Positions 29,564-41,056 are shown, counted from the first letter of the stretch. The stretch: DNA of 64,000 nt from Cellvibrionaceae bacterium (GCA_034111645.1 JAWUWW010000055.1:1641-65640); one strand, 5' to 3'. Notes: generated from the letters alone by a model not told the origin. Numbers and translations are program-made.

Positions 29564-30013
29564 TTAATGCGTAACAGATGGGTCTACCGACAGAATCTGA
29601 ACTTCAAACTCTATCTCTTTTCCGGCCAACGGATGGTTAAAATCCACCGTCACTATAGCATCATCAAAGCTTGCAACCACGCCCGGTAACTCTGCATTTT
29701 GCGCATCGGCAAAGGACAACATTAAACCCTCTTCAAGCTCTAGATCATCGTTAAACTGATCACGTTTAAAGGTTTGAATATTACTCGGATTTGCCTGCCC
29801 AAAGCCGTCTTCAGGCCTTATAGTAAATACTTTCCGCACGCCCGCTGGCAATCCTAACAGAGCTTTTTCGAAACCTTCTAATAAGTTGCCGTCTCCTACT
29901 ACAAACTGAGCAGGCTCTTGGTCAAAATTAGAATCAATAAGATGCCCATTTTTTAGCGACAGCGAAAAATGTAAGGTGACCTGTGTACCTTCACCAATTA
30001 CTAATGCAGTCAT
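29564..30013 (-). CDS. fkpB: FKBP-type peptidyl-prolyl cis-trans isomerase FkpB/SlpA
   Basis: 149-aa FKBP with an IF insertion (VTLHFSL...DFNHPLAGK). It has the conserved position between lspA and ispH. Confidence 0.85.
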   Translation of the reverse strand: MTALVIGEGTQVTLHFSLSLKNGHLIDSNFDQEPAQFVVGDGNLLEGFEKALLGLPAGVRKVFTIRPEDGFGQANPSNIQTFKRDQFNDDLELEEGLMLSFADAQNAELPGVVASFDDAIVTVDFNHPLAGKEIEFEVQILSVDPSVTH

Positions 30014-30073
30014 TATGTCCTCTTTTTTTAGATATTCATTAACTATTAAAAATTTACTTATCTTTTATGTGAA

Positions 30074-30676
30074 CTATCTTTTCTCAGCAGATTTTTTTTT
30101 ACTATTTTTCTCAGTATGTTTTTTTTCACTATCTTTAGTCAAAAAAGTATCGACTAACAATGTCGATACGCCTAATAAAATACAAGCATCGGCTATGTTA
30201 AATGCGGGCCAATGGCAACTTTGCAAGTCTTGGCGGGCATAAAATAATGGCAAGCATGACTGACTTGCTGGATAAAACCAATCTATAAAATCAACCACAT
30301 AACCCAATAAAATACGATCATACAGATTACCGAGAGCACCCCCTAAAACAAGCGTTAAGGCAATTAGCTCTAGCCTTTTTGTACGCTCAAGCCGAATCAT
30401 CCAGACCACCAGAAGAGTGCTAACTGCAATAGCCACAATGGTAAAAAACCAACGCTGCCAACCACCTGCATCATTTAAAAAGCTAAAAGCGGCGCCATAG
30501 TTATATAACAAAGTAAAATTAAAAAATGGCAAAAAATCGTTGGGCTCTGCATAGTGTAAACTCGATACAGCCCAGTTTTTTGTAATTTGATCGAGCACAA
30601 ATATAACTGCCACCACCAAAAAATAGGGGCTTTTTTGTTTAATATTAACTTGCTTCATAAGATTCATCATTATCAA
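30074..30676 (-). CDS. lspA: Lipoprotein signal peptidase II
   Basis: LspA motifs are present (DQITKNW, NYGAAFSFL, LGGALGNLYDR, FNIADA). It has a Lys-rich C-terminal tail. The true start is probably one of the ATGs at 30670-30658 rather than TTG 30676. Confidence 0.9.
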   Translation of the reverse strand: MIMMNLMKQVNIKQKSPYFLVVAVIFVLDQITKNWAVSSLHYAEPNDFLPFFNFTLLYNYGAAFSFLNDAGGWQRWFFTIVAIAVSTLLVVWMIRLERTKRLELIALTLVLGGALGNLYDRILLGYVVDFIDWFYPASQSCLPLFYARQDLQSCHWPAFNIADACILLGVSTLLVDTFLTKDSEKKHTEKNSKKKSAEKR

Positions 30677-30678
30677 GA

Positions 30679-33510
30679 TTAAGCAAAATGCCTAACTTCA
30701 CCGTCGCCATCAACGTTTGCAACGCAACGTCCGCACAATTCTTCATGCTCATCCACACTGCCTACATCGGCACATTGGTGCCAGCAACGTACACATTTGG
30801 GATCTTCACTGGGCGCTACCAATACCGTCAGGCCTTCTACGTCAGTCTCAACTGCATTTGCGGGAGCGTCGCCTTCAACAACAACTGCATTTGAGGTAAT
30901 TAGCACAAAACGCAACTCGTTTTCTAGGCGGTTTATTTGGCGAGCTAATTCACCCGAGCAATAAAGCGAGACCGTTGCCTGTAGTGCCTTGCCAACAACA
31001 CCTTCGTTGCGCTTGGTCTCGAGCACTTTATTGACAGCATCTTTAACTTCAGCAATTAATTGCCAATAATCTGCATCTAAGTCTTCGTTAGTTTTACTAA
31101 TCTGAGGAAACTGATACCACTGCGCCGCAAATACAGTCTTTTCACGATTTTCAACAGAAGGCAAAACATCCCAAAGTTCATCGGCGGTATAGCTCAAAAT
31201 AGGCGTTATCCAGCGCGTAAAGGCCTCGGTAATATGATAAAGCGCGGTTTGCGCTGAGCGTCGAGCTTTGCTATCAGATTTTGTGGTGTAGAGGCGATCT
31301 TTGATGATGTCGAGATAAAATCCACCCATATCAACAATACAAAAGTTATGTAACTTTTGATAAATAATATGAAACTGGTAGGCATCAAAGGCTTCTATAA
31401 ATTCTTGTTGTAATTGCACCGCTCTGTTAACTGCCCATAGATCGAGCGCCACAAGCTCATCTACCGGCACGCAGTCAGTGGCAGGATTAAAGCTATCTAA
31501 GCTACCTAAAAAGAAACGTGCAGTATTGCGGATACGTCGATAAGAATCTGCCGTGCGCTTTAGAATTTCATCCGAAACACTCATCTCGGCACTAAAATCT
31601 GTTGCTGCTACCCATAGTCGTAAAACATCGGCGCCCAAATCATTCATCACTTTTTGAGGCGGAATCACATTACCGATCGACTTCGACATTTTTTTACCAT
31701 TAGAATCAACCGTAAATCCATGAGTAAGTACTTGCTTATAAGGAGGCACACCGTTAATGGTCATCGATGTTTTTAACGAAGACTGAAACCATCCGCGATG
31801 TTGATCCGAGCCCTCTAAATATAAATCGGCAGGAAAGCGCAAATTATCGCGCGCGCGCAGTACAGAGTGATGAGTAACACCTGAATCAAACCATACATCT
31901 AAAGTATCGCCTACTTTTTCATAATTATCTGCGTCATCACCTAATAAGTCTCGAGCACTTAAGTCAAACCATGCATCAATACCCTCTTGCTCAATTTTTA
32001 GTGCAACTTGTTCAACCAGCTCGGCGGTCTTTGGATGCAGCTCTTGGGTTTCTTTATGCACAAACAAAGTAATAGGTACACCCCAAGTACGTTGACGAGA
32101 TACACACCAATCGGGGCTATTTTCTATCATGCCTTGGATACGTGCCTTACCCCAACTTGGAATCCACTGCACGTCATTAATAGCGGCATTAACTTTTGTG
32201 CGCATGTCATTGTGATTAAGTGTAATAAACCATTGGGGCGTTGCGCGAAAGATTAACGGCGTTTTAGTGCGCCAACAATGAGGAAAACTATGAACAAATT
32301 TGGTTTGATAAAAGAGCTTGCCACGCTCCTCTAATAAGGCAATCACTTTATCATCGACTTTATAGACATGATCACCTGCAAAAAACTCAACACCGCCCCT
32401 ATAGGTACCGTCTGACTGCACATAGTTAACGGTCTCGATACCATATTTTTGTGAGACAATAAAATCATCTGCACCGTGATCCGGTGCTGTATGCACGCAA
32501 CCAGTGCCGGCATCGGTAGTCACATGATCCCCTAGCACTACTGGCACTTGTCGATCGTAAAAAGGATGCTGTAGTAATAAATTTTCTAGTGCCGAACCAT
32601 CGACACGACCAACGACCGAGTAATCCTTTAGGTCACCGCGACTCATAACAGCTTCAATTAAATCTCGAGCGATAATCAGACGCTCGCTGCCCGCCTGCAC
32701 CACTACATAATTAAATTCAGCATTAACGCTGACTGCTAAACTGGCCGGTAATGTCCAAGGTGTTGTGGTCCAAATTAAAACCGATATCTCACCCTTACCT
32801 TTTAAGTCATGGATACGAGCATGCAATTCGCCCTCATCAACTACCTTATAACGCACATCAATAGAAAAAGATGTTTTGTCTTGATATTCAACCTCGGCTT
32901 CGGCTAATGCTGAGCCCCCAACTACGCTCCAATAAACCGGCTTATAGCCACGTACTAAAAAACCGTTTTCAGCGATTTTACCCAAGGCACGCACTGTATT
33001 TGCCTCGGTTTCAAAGTTCATCGTAAGGTAGGGATTATCCCACTCACCCAAAATACCCAAGCGCACAAAATCTGTCTTTTGGCCTTCAACTTGCTTAGCC
33101 GCATACTCGCGACACTTTTGGCGAAATGTTTTTACATCAACCTTCACGCCCGCCTTTCCAATTTTCTTTTCAACTTGGTGCTCAATAGGTAAACCGTGAC
33201 AATCCCAACCAGGAACATAAGGCGCGTCAAAACCACTTAAAGTTTTTGATTTAACAATAATGTCTTTTAATATTTTATTAACCGCATGACCAATATGAAT
33301 GTTGCCGTTCGCATAAGGAGGCCCATCATGCAAAATAAATTGCTCGCGACCACGCCTAGCCTCGCGAATACTTTTATAGACGTCTTGTTGCTGCCATTTT
33401 TTTAAAATTTGTGGCTCCCTCTGAGCTAAGTTAGCTTTCATAGGAAAAGACGTATTCGGTAAATTTAATGTTGCTTTATAATCGGTCATGTTTATATCTA
33501 ATTGTTTCAA
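30679..33510 (-). CDS. ileS: Isoleucine--tRNA ligase
   Basis: Class I signatures HIGH-type ([11 protein letters not shown]) and KMSKS (KMSKSIGN), a CP1 editing domain and a C-terminal zinc-finger Cys cluster. 943 aa. Confidence 0.97.
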   Translation of the reverse strand: MKQLDINMTDYKATLNLPNTSFPMKANLAQREPQILKKWQQQDVYKSIREARRGREQFILHDGPPYANGNIHIGHAVNKILKDIIVKSKTLSGFDAPYVPGWDCHGLPIEHQVEKKIGKAGVKVDVKTFRQKCREYAAKQVEGQKTDFVRLGILGEWDNPYLTMNFETEANTVRALGKIAENGFLVRGYKPVYWSVVGGSALAEAEVEYQDKTSFSIDVRYKVVDEGELHARIHDLKGKGEISVLIWTTTPWTLPASLAVSVNAEFNYVVVQAGSERLIIARDLIEAVMSRGDLKDYSVVGRVDGSALENLLLQHPFYDRQVPVVLGDHVTTDAGTGCVHTAPDHGADDFIVSQKYGIETVNYVQSDGTYRGGVEFFAGDHVYKVDDKVIALLEERGKLFYQTKFVHSFPHCWRTKTPLIFRATPQWFITLNHNDMRTKVNAAINDVQWIPSWGKARIQGMIENSPDWCVSRQRTWGVPITLFVHKETQELHPKTAELVEQVALKIEQEGIDAWFDLSARDLLGDDADNYEKVGDTLDVWFDSGVTHHSVLRARDNLRFPADLYLEGSDQHRGWFQSSLKTSMTINGVPPYKQVLTHGFTVDSNGKKMSKSIGNVIPPQKVMNDLGADVLRLWVAATDFSAEMSVSDEILKRTADSYRRIRNTARFFLGSLDSFNPATDCVPVDELVALDLWAVNRAVQLQQEFIEAFDAYQFHIIYQKLHNFCIVDMGGFYLDIIKDRLYTTKSDSKARRSAQTALYHITEAFTRWITPILSYTADELWDVLPSVENREKTVFAAQWYQFPQISKTNEDLDADYWQLIAEVKDAVNKVLETKRNEGVVGKALQATVSLYCSGELARQINRLENELRFVLITSNAVVVEGDAPANAVETDVEGLTVLVAPSEDPKCVRCWHQCADVGSVDEHEELCGRCVANVDGDGEVRHFA

Positions 33511-33606
33511 TGATTAATCGCAGAGATAAACTCTGCTTAGTCAGTAAATAGTTAATAAAAAATTTTAAACTTTTGTTAATTGTTCTCTCTAAATTTTACT
33601 CTCGCT

Positions 33607-34578
33607 TTAAAGCCCAAAATAAGAGCGGGCTAAAACAATATCTGCCTGTATTTGAGATTTAAGCGCCTCTAAGTTTTCAAAGCGTTTTTCTTCTCGTAGC
33701 TGATGCTTAAATTCAACAATAATATTCTGGCCATACAGATCATCATTTCTGTCAAAAAGATGGACCTCTAAAATAGGTTTTGCATCACCCCCAAGTGTGG
33801 GCCTTACGCCTACATTGGCGACACCACAAACTAATTCATCTGAAGCCAGCCTAGCGGTAACCGCAAAGACTCCAGCAAGTGGCGAGGAATAACGACGCAG
33901 ATGCACATTAGCCGTTGGGGCACCTAATTGACGACCGAGCTGCTGGCCTCGTACAACACGGCCGCTAATCGTATAAGGCCGGCCTAACAAATGTGCAGCT
34001 TGGGTAAAATTGTTTTGCTGCAGCAGGCTTCTGATCAGAGTGCTGCTTACCCTTTGCCCATCAATTAAAAACGATAACGTATCAGTTACCTGAAAATCAT
34101 ATTTATCGCCAGCGGCGACCAAATCGGAATAATCACCACTGCGGCCGCTACCAAAACGAAAATCATCGCCAACCACTAGATAACGCACACCCAATGCATC
34201 AATTAATACCTTTTGGATGAACTCCTCTGAGCTTAACTCGCTTAGCTTACGGTTAAACGGTAAGCATAAAACTCGATTTACACCCTGCTCAAATAAAGCT
34301 TGAATTTTTTCACCTAAACGCATCAGTCTTGCGGGCGCTTTATCGCCAGTAAAAAATTCGTGCGGCTGAGGCTCAAAAATCATTACCAGTGAGGGCAGGC
34401 TCAAACGTTTTGACTGTTCTTTTAACTGCTCGATAATCGCCTGATGCCCAAGATGCACGCCGTCAAAAGAACCCATAGTGACAACATTGCCAAAATGTTC
34501 TGAGCCTACATTATATAGACCACGGATAAATTCGTGCTTAGAGGTCACAATAGTCACGCCAATCTTTAAAATGGGCAA
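33607..34578 (-). CDS. ribF: Bifunctional riboflavin kinase / FMN adenylyltransferase
   Basis: Motifs GSFDGVHLGHQ, GDDFRFG, PTANV and the riboflavin kinase C-terminus (LEVHLFD...EFKHQLR.E.RF) are present. It lies upstream of ileS. Confidence 0.93.
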   Translation of the reverse strand: MPILKIGVTIVTSKHEFIRGLYNVGSEHFGNVVTMGSFDGVHLGHQAIIEQLKEQSKRLSLPSLVMIFEPQPHEFFTGDKAPARLMRLGEKIQALFEQGVNRVLCLPFNRKLSELSSEEFIQKVLIDALGVRYLVVGDDFRFGSGRSGDYSDLVAAGDKYDFQVTDTLSFLIDGQRVSSTLIRSLLQQNNFTQAAHLLGRPYTISGRVVRGQQLGRQLGAPTANVHLRRYSSPLAGVFAVTARLASDELVCGVANVGVRPTLGGDAKPILEVHLFDRNDDLYGQNIIVEFKHQLREEKRFENLEALKSQIQADIVLARSYFGL

Positions 34579-34740
34579 GTATAACGGCTACAAAAGAAAC
34601 GACAACTGCTATTGCGCTAAAGGCTTTGAAATATCAAATTTAAGCGTCTATAGAGTCAAGAAGAAAGGACAATATAGGATTGATAGCGCCCAAATAAAGC
34701 TAAAATAGTACTTAGAGGTTGCTGGTATAGTATTCGATTG

Positions 34741-34822
34741 AGGCTTTTTATAACCTCGCCAAGAGCTTTTTATTAGCTTGCTAAGGGCTTTCTATTGGCT
34801 TGCTAAGGGCTTTTTGTTGGCT
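34741..34822. repeat. Degenerate 22-bp tandem repeat, about 3.5 copies (core copies gcttgctaagggcttt(c/t)t(a/g)ttg at 34776-34797 and 34798-34819)
   Basis: Read directly from the sequence between ribF and yceI. Confidence 0.85.
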
Positions 34823-34922
34823 CACTATTATGCATTTACAAGTGATCAAATATAAAAGCGAGCCTTTTACAGTGCAACAAAACTGTAAAGACCCGCTTAA
34901 AGAATCAGCTTTAAGACAAAAG

Positions 34923-35492
34923 CTACTGACGAATACCTTCTATGTGTAAATCTAGAAATACTTCGGTAGACGATGGCCCTAGACTCTCTGGGATACCAAA
35001 ATCTTTTAAACCAATTTTTGTAGTGCCTGCAAAACCGGCACGATAACCACCCCATGGGTCTTTACCTTCACCAATTTTTTCGGCATCGATTGTAATGCTT
35101 TTTGTAACTCCCAAAAGTGTAAGATCACCTACCACCTCAAGTTGGTTGTTGCCTTTATCAACGACCTTGGTGCTGACAAATTTAGCGCTAGCAAATTTTG
35201 GTACATTAAGAAACTCAGGGCCTTTTATATGCCGATCACGCTCTGCGTGATTAGAGTCGAAGCTACCTGGCTCTATATCGACCACAATTTTAGTAGCACT
35301 AACCTTATCAGCATCGTAATTAAATTGACCCGTAAAAGTGTTGAATCGACCCGTCAACCAAGAATATCCCAAATGCTGAATCTTAAAGTTAATGAACGCG
35401 TGTGCGCCCTTATCGTCGATAACGTAATTAGCTGCCGAAACCGGCAAAGAAATTAACGCTAAAGTCGCCGCTGCAAATAATATTTTTTTCAT
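34923..35492 (-). CDS. yceI: YceI-family periplasmic polyisoprenoid-binding protein
   Basis: Signal peptide plus YceI motifs (HAFINFKIQHLGYS...GRF, DSNHAERDRHIKG). GGAGGG SD. It is paired with an upstream cytochrome b561, as in the E. coli yceJ-yceI arrangement. Confidence 0.85.
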   Translation of the reverse strand: MKKILFAAATLALISLPVSAANYVIDDKGAHAFINFKIQHLGYSWLTGRFNTFTGQFNYDADKVSATKIVVDIEPGSFDSNHAERDRHIKGPEFLNVPKFASAKFVSTKVVDKGNNQLEVVGDLTLLGVTKSITIDAEKIGEGKDPWGGYRAGFAGTTKIGLKDFGIPESLGPSSTEVFLDLHIEGIRQ

Positions 35493-35536
35493 CCCAACCC
35501 TCCGTTTTTCTTAGAAACTATTTTCTAAGAGGCTAT

Positions 35537-35573
35537 TTATACAATCATCTTATACAATCATTTATGCAATGAC
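35537..35573. repeat. 12-13-bp tandem repeat ttatacaatcat(c) x3 (third copy diverged)
   Basis: Read directly from the cytochrome b561-yceI spacer. An 8-bp-arm hairpin cttagaaa-ctat-tttctaag lies next to it at 35510-35529. Confidence 0.8.
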
Positions 35574-35697
35574 TTTTTTAAAATTGTCTCTCAAAAAACC
35601 CAACATCAAAAACAAAACCTAGAAATTAATAATTATACGCCTAGTTTAAAATATCATTTTTAAAATTCAACCCAATAAGTGAAGAATATATGTTCAT

Positions 35698-36234
35698 CTA
35701 GAGCATACGTTTAAGCACATCATCTTTATTTATAAAATGATGTTTTAATGCTGCCAATAAATGAACAACGGCAAGACTCACCAAAATATAAGATAGCCAC
35801 TCATGGATATTACCCGCTATATCTTCTTGGTTTTCAAAGAAAGCGCCAAATGAGGAAACAGTGAACCAATCGAAGACCTCAATTCCTCGGTTATCTGCCG
35901 TAGAAATTAAATAACCCGAAATAAACATTAAAAAAATGGTGACATACAAAATTATATGAACACTATGAGAAATCTTTTTCTCGCGCTGTGTTAACGCTTT
36001 TGATGGTATAGGACGTACATTAAAATAACGCCAAGCCACTCGAAATAGCATTACGATCATCAACAATATACCGACACTTTTATGATAATGAGGGGCAAGC
36101 TTATTCCAAGAGTCATAGTAGCCCAAATCAACCATCCACAGCCCTAAACCAAAAAGACCAAAGACCGCGAGCGCTACTAACCAATGCAATAGTTTAGCAA
36201 CCCAACCATACTTTTCTTGCGTGTTTAAAAGCAT
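35698..36234 (-). CDS. Cytochrome b561 family protein (CybB/YceJ-like)
   Basis: Four TM helices with conserved His ligands (LLHW..., HKSVG, HSVH, VHLLAALKHH). 178 aa. Confidence 0.85.
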   Translation of the reverse strand: MLLNTQEKYGWVAKLLHWLVALAVFGLFGLGLWMVDLGYYDSWNKLAPHYHKSVGILLMIVMLFRVAWRYFNVRPIPSKALTQREKKISHSVHIILYVTIFLMFISGYLISTADNRGIEVFDWFTVSSFGAFFENQEDIAGNIHEWLSYILVSLAVVHLLAALKHHFINKDDVLKRML

Positions 36235-36313
36235 TCAAACCCCTTAAGATAATTGAGAGTTTCTTGTGTGTCGGCTTAAGCGACTGCAATAAGTTGCTCA
36301 ATAAATAGTAAAG

Positions 36314-37675
36314 CTACAATAAACCCAACAACACCCCAGCGGCTGAGACAATAGCGAGCAATTTAATGATACTCAATTTGCGTATAAATAATATATAAGA
36401 GCTGAGCAATACCAGCAACAATACTTGCCAATTAATTGAGCTAAATTCTGGCTGCCAAATTTTAAACCAACCCAACTGTTGCAGAGCAACACTATCAAAC
36501 AAGACATGTAAAAAAAACCATAAACTCAAATTTAAAATAACCCCAACAACAGCTGCCGTTACACAATGTAGCGCTGACTTAATTCGTGGCTGCATACCCA
36601 GCCATTCAATATAAGGCGCACCTAAAAATACCCATAAAAAGCATGGGATAAACGTTGCCCAAAGTGCAACCATGGCACCGGCAACACCAGACCAAAAACC
36701 GGCTTTACTCGCCGCCAAAAACCCAACAAACTCTGTAACTAAAATTAATGGCCCCGGTGTCGTCTCTGCAAGGCCTAAACCATCAATCATCTGTGTTGCT
36801 GTTAGCCAGCCATAAAGACTAACGACATCTTGCGCCATATAAGATAAAACAGCATAAGCACCACCAAATGTAACCACCGCTAATTTAGAAAAAAACAACC
36901 CTAAATCTGCAAAAATACTGTCTGGCCAGATAACAATAATTAATAATAAAGGTAACCACCAAATCAGCAACCATATACAGCAAGTCTTTATCGATGCTAA
37001 AAGAGAATATTGATTAATAGCTTTTGATTCACTCTTTGATGCGGCATTATCTGTTGCGACATTATCTTTTGCCAGATTGTTAATGCTAGGCTTGTTATCA
37101 ATACTTGCTGAAACTAGAGGCTTTGGCGCGCTCGAGAACATAAGCGTAGCGCCTATAATTAATGCACTCACAACAATAACGGGAAAGGGAATACCAAAGA
37201 AAAAAATACCCATGAAAGAAGCTAGTGCAATCAACCAATAATAATAGCGCACCAAAGTTTTTTTAGACATTCGCCATAATGCCTGAACAACAATGACTAC
37301 AACCGCCGCTTTAATACCCAAAAAAAATGCTTCTAGGATAGGTACAGAACCAAAAGCCGAATAGAAACCAGCAAGCATTAAAATAATGACAGCGCCTGGC
37401 AATACAAATAAACTACCGGCTAACAATCCGCCTTTTACGCCTTGGAGACGCCAACCGGCATAAGTTGCTAGCTGCATTGCCTCGGGCCCCGGCAACAACA
37501 TACAAAAACTTAAGGCATGTAAAAATTGTTGTTCACTGAGCCAACGTCTCTCTTTAACCAACTCATTGTGCATCAGCGCGATTTGCGCTGCCGGCCCGCC
37601 AAAAGACAAAAAGCCAATGCGCAACCATACTTTAAACATTTGAGTTAATGTGGGCGTTAGATGCTCTTCAACCAC
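36314..37675 (-). CDS. chrA: Chromate ion transporter (CHR family, two-domain long form)
   Basis: Motifs FGGPAAQIALMH, LLPGPEAMQLA and a second repeat TFGGAYAVLSYM...TPGPLI are present. 453 aa. Confidence 0.85.
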   Translation of the reverse strand: MVEEHLTPTLTQMFKVWLRIGFLSFGGPAAQIALMHNELVKERRWLSEQQFLHALSFCMLLPGPEAMQLATYAGWRLQGVKGGLLAGSLFVLPGAVIILMLAGFYSAFGSVPILEAFFLGIKAAVVVIVVQALWRMSKKTLVRYYYWLIALASFMGIFFFGIPFPVIVVSALIIGATLMFSSAPKPLVSASIDNKPSINNLAKDNVATDNAASKSESKAINQYSLLASIKTCCIWLLIWWLPLLLIIVIWPDSIFADLGLFFSKLAVVTFGGAYAVLSYMAQDVVSLYGWLTATQMIDGLGLAETTPGPLILVTEFVGFLAASKAGFWSGVAGAMVALWATFIPCFLWVFLGAPYIEWLGMQPRIKSALHCVTAAVVGVILNLSLWFFLHVLFDSVALQQLGWFKIWQPEFSSINWQVLLLVLLSSYILFIRKLSIIKLLAIVSAAGVLLGLL

Positions 37676-37913
37676 TCGTTAATCCCCGCAATTAGATTTG
37701 ATCGCTACCATGAGTATATGCTGGCCATAAAAATGCTTAAAAAAACTTTGCACACTCTTTATGTTACCAAGGCTTTATTACAGACTTATGTAAATCTATC
37801 TTCAACAAGCAATAAATAGGCTAAGAGAAACTGTTAATTTAGAGCACTATCTCAGCAGTGCTATCTTTGCACATAGAATAAATTTATTTTTAATAGTTGT
37901 ACTGTTCATAGCT

Positions 37914-39491
37914 CTAACTTTTTTTAATATCTTTAAATCTAAAGCCCGATAAAAATAATACGCTGATATAAACAACAAGGCCTAAAGCACAAATAAAACC
38001 AATATTCTTGACGCGAGTTAGCGCCGAAAGATCTGACCATGTGCTGAAAAAAGTTAGCATAAATAGCAGCACGATCAGCATTGATAAATTAGCAAAAATT
38101 AATCTAGCTAAGTATTTTCCCCAGCCTTTTGCGGGCTGATAAAGATTGCTTTTTCTGAGCCCACGATACAATAAACCTGCGTTTAAAAATGCCGCTAATG
38201 ACGTTGCTAAAGCAAGCCCAACATGACCAATTTGCCAATAAAAATGGAATGGAATGACCAGCACTAAGTTAAGTATCATATTAACAATCATCGCAATAAT
38301 ACCAATTTTTACCGGTGTTTTAGTATCCTGCCGAGAAAAATATCCAGGCGCCAGCACCTTAATCAACATAAAGGCTAACAAACCAAAGGCGTATGCCTTA
38401 AGGCTTAAGGCAGACATAGCAATATCATTGGCATTCGTTTTACCATATTCAAACAAAGTGCTTAAAATTGGGCCCGATAAAACCATTAATGCAATAGCTG
38501 CAGGGATAGCTATTAATAAAATACACCGCAAGGCCCAATCCATCGTTAAACTAAACTGGTCAGATTTTTTATTCACATGCTCGCGCGACAAACTTGGCAA
38601 AATAACCGTGCCAATAGCAATAGCGATTGTGCCTAGCGGCAACTCGACTAATCGATCCGAATAATATAACCAAGAGATGCTTCCGGTGGGCAGGAACGAC
38701 GCTAATACCGTATCGAGTAATAAATTTATTTGTGAAACCGAGACACCAAAAATAGCTGGGGCCATCAACAATAAAATACGTTTAACGCCATCATCTTTAA
38801 AATCAACTTTTGGGCTTGGCAGTAATTTTAACTTCCATAAAAAAGGAATTTGAAACGCCAACTGCACCATACCTGCAATTAACACACCCCAAGCTAGGGC
38901 GATAATTGGCTGGGCAAAATAAGGGCTAATCCAAACAGCCGAGATAATTAAGCAAACATTTAATAAAACTGGGGTAAATGCCGGGATCGCAAAACGGTCA
39001 TAGCTATTTAAAATTGCGCCTGCAAAACCTGTTAAAGAAATGAGCAATAAATAGGGAAAGGTTATACGCAACATTTGTTGCGTTAAATCAAATTTATAGG
39101 GGTCGTCCCAAAAACCTGGCGCAAAGACGACCGTAACCGCAGGCGCTGCAAAAACCACTACACCCGTAAGCACCGCGAGAGTTAAGCCAAGGCAGCCACA
39201 GACTCTATCAATGAGATGCTTAACCGCCTCATGCGAGCCCTTTTCTCGATACTCAGATAACACTGGCACAAATGCTTGAGCAAAGGCGCCCTCTGCAAAC
39301 AAACGGCGTAAAAAATTAGGGATTTTGAAGGCAACAAAGAATGCATCGGCTCCCGCTGACGCACCAAGAAAAGAGGCAAACACAACATCTCTGCCTAGGC
39401 CTAACACTCTAGACAATAATGTCATGATGCTAACAATCAGCCCAGAGCGAAGTAGACCTGCTTTATTTTTGTTATTTTCGTTAGCGCTCAT
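37914..39491 (-). CDS. murJ: Lipid II flippase MurJ (MviN)
   Basis: 525-aa polytopic MOP-family protein. The N-terminal motif SRVLGLGRDVVFASFLGASAGADAFFVAFKIPNFLRRLFAEGAF is characteristic. Confidence 0.93.
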   Translation of the reverse strand: MSANENNKNKAGLLRSGLIVSIMTLLSRVLGLGRDVVFASFLGASAGADAFFVAFKIPNFLRRLFAEGAFAQAFVPVLSEYREKGSHEAVKHLIDRVCGCLGLTLAVLTGVVVFAAPAVTVVFAPGFWDDPYKFDLTQQMLRITFPYLLLISLTGFAGAILNSYDRFAIPAFTPVLLNVCLIISAVWISPYFAQPIIALAWGVLIAGMVQLAFQIPFLWKLKLLPSPKVDFKDDGVKRILLLMAPAIFGVSVSQINLLLDTVLASFLPTGSISWLYYSDRLVELPLGTIAIAIGTVILPSLSREHVNKKSDQFSLTMDWALRCILLIAIPAAIALMVLSGPILSTLFEYGKTNANDIAMSALSLKAYAFGLLAFMLIKVLAPGYFSRQDTKTPVKIGIIAMIVNMILNLVLVIPFHFYWQIGHVGLALATSLAAFLNAGLLYRGLRKSNLYQPAKGWGKYLARLIFANLSMLIVLLFMLTFFSTWSDLSALTRVKNIGFICALGLVVYISVLFLSGFRFKDIKKS

Positions 39492-39752
39492 TATTAATCT
39501 TTAAAGTTCACCAAATGGAAGAATTCTTATAAATATCTTTATAAGCGAAATTGTCTTATTTTTAAACGCCTAAAAAACCTTTCAATTATGTATGCAAGCT
39601 CTTTGATTCTCGCCAAGGATATTGTTTTTTGCTGAACAGTATCAATTCATAGCGTTATAATCATACTTTTATGATACATTTTATAGCATATATTTTTTAA
39701 CGTCGGCGACAACACACAGCTGCCGCAAACCAAAATAATGTAGTGAACAATA

Positions 39753-40700
39753 ATGAATACCGATACTTTAGCCAAGTTTGACGAATCTCAACAATTATTG
39801 ATCGATGATTTTTGCACCCAAGAAAAGCTTCCTGACACATATAAAATCCTCGCGCAGAAATATTTCTTCCCCCTAGCCGATGAAATCATTCAAGACCAAA
39901 AAGCCAGCGATAGCAATAAACCACTCATTATTGGTATCAATGGCTCGCAAGGTAGCGGGAAGTCTACATTGACTCTATTGCTGAGCCAAATTTTTAGCGA
40001 ACTATATAACAAAAATGTTGCTAACCTCTCTATTGATGATTTCTATAAAACTAAAGCTGAAAGACAGCAGTGCGCAAATGACATACACCCCTTATTTCTT
40101 ACTAGAGGGGTTCCGGGCACTCACGATACAACTTTACTGAGCCATATTCTTACTAAGTTCTTGGCCGGTGAAGCCGAGGTGGTGATTCCACGCTTCGATA
40201 AAAGCACCGACGATAGACACGCAGAAAGCGACTGGGAAACAACTCACGAACCTATTGATATTATTTTAATAGAGGGCTGGTGCTTTGGTGTAAGACCTCA
40301 AGCACAACAAGAGTTGAGCACGCCCATCAATATTTTAGAAGAACTGGAAGATCCTCAATGTATATGGCGTCAGCATATTAACCATGTGATTAGCGATGAC
40401 TATTTACCGATATTTGAGCAAGTTGATAAGCTTATTATGCTTAAAGCTCCGAGTTTTGATTGTGTTTATGACTGGCGACAAAAACAAGAGGATAAACTTA
40501 GAGCAAAAACCTTAAATGATGCGTCATCTTCAAATAATAAGTCAGGTATTATGAGCACAGCCGAGTTGCAACGATTCATTCAGCACTATGAAAGATTAAC
40601 TGTGCATTTGTTAGCAACTTTACCAAAATACGCTGACATTATTTTTAAGCTCAATAACGATCACTCAATTGCCGAGCGCTCAAATCGAGAGGTCAGTTAA
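39753..40700 (+). CDS. P-loop kinase, COG4240 / D-glycerate 3-kinase-like family
   Basis: Walker A IGINGSQGSGKSTL and uridine-kinase/PRK-like architecture resembling the plant GLYK / yeast Tda10 family. The substrate is unknown. Confidence 0.55.
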   Translation: MNTDTLAKFDESQQLLIDDFCTQEKLPDTYKILAQKYFFPLADEIIQDQKASDSNKPLIIGINGSQGSGKSTLTLLLSQIFSELYNKNVANLSIDDFYKTKAERQQCANDIHPLFLTRGVPGTHDTTLLSHILTKFLAGEAEVVIPRFDKSTDDRHAESDWETTHEPIDIILIEGWCFGVRPQAQQELSTPINILEELEDPQCIWRQHINHVISDDYLPIFEQVDKLIMLKAPSFDCVYDWRQKQEDKLRAKTLNDASSSNNKSGIMSTAELQRFIQHYERLTVHLLATLPKYADIIFKLNNDHSIAERSNREVS

Positions 40701-40933
40701 AAGGCTCAGCTTAAAAGCCCAGTTATGTAACCCAGCCTAGCGGAAAGTAGTCGTTGGGCGCTCAGCTAAAAGCATCCCAAATTAACTAATAAGTGTTCTT
40801 TCAGCGCAACTTTTTTATAACATGGTGTAACATTTAAGCTATCTCAGCTAGCTCAGACAAATCTTGCCTCTGCCAGCCCAATATAAATCTTTACATCAAT
40901 TTTTATGACACAATTAAAGCTTGTGTTAAATGG

Positions 40934-40962
40934 TTGACAAAGTTCTAACAACTGGCATAATT
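40934..40962 (+). promoter_or_regulatory. Sigma-70 promoter for rpsT
   Basis: TTGACA (40934-40939), a 17-nt spacer and ATAATT (40957-40962), about 95 nt upstream of the rpsT start. Confidence 0.6.
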
Positions 40963-41056
40963 GTGCCCCCTGAAATAGGGCTATTTATTTTGAGTGTTAA
41001 TCCATTCGATAGGTAGCACAAAACTGAATTTTATTGATATAAATAGGAGCTCAACG

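Noticed and set aside
40953-40968. TGGCAT-N-TTGTGC resembling a sigma-54 -24/-12 element upstream of rpsT
   Set aside because: The GG-to-GC spacing is 9 nt rather than 10. The same bases form the spacer and -10 of a near-consensus sigma-70 promoter (TTGACA-17-ATAATT).
40994-41056. N-terminal extension of rpsT in the ORF track
   Set aside because: The canonical S20 N-terminus ANSPQAKKR begins right after the GTG at 41057, which has an AGGAG SD. The upstream TTG-type start lies within the leader region downstream of the sigma-70 promoter.
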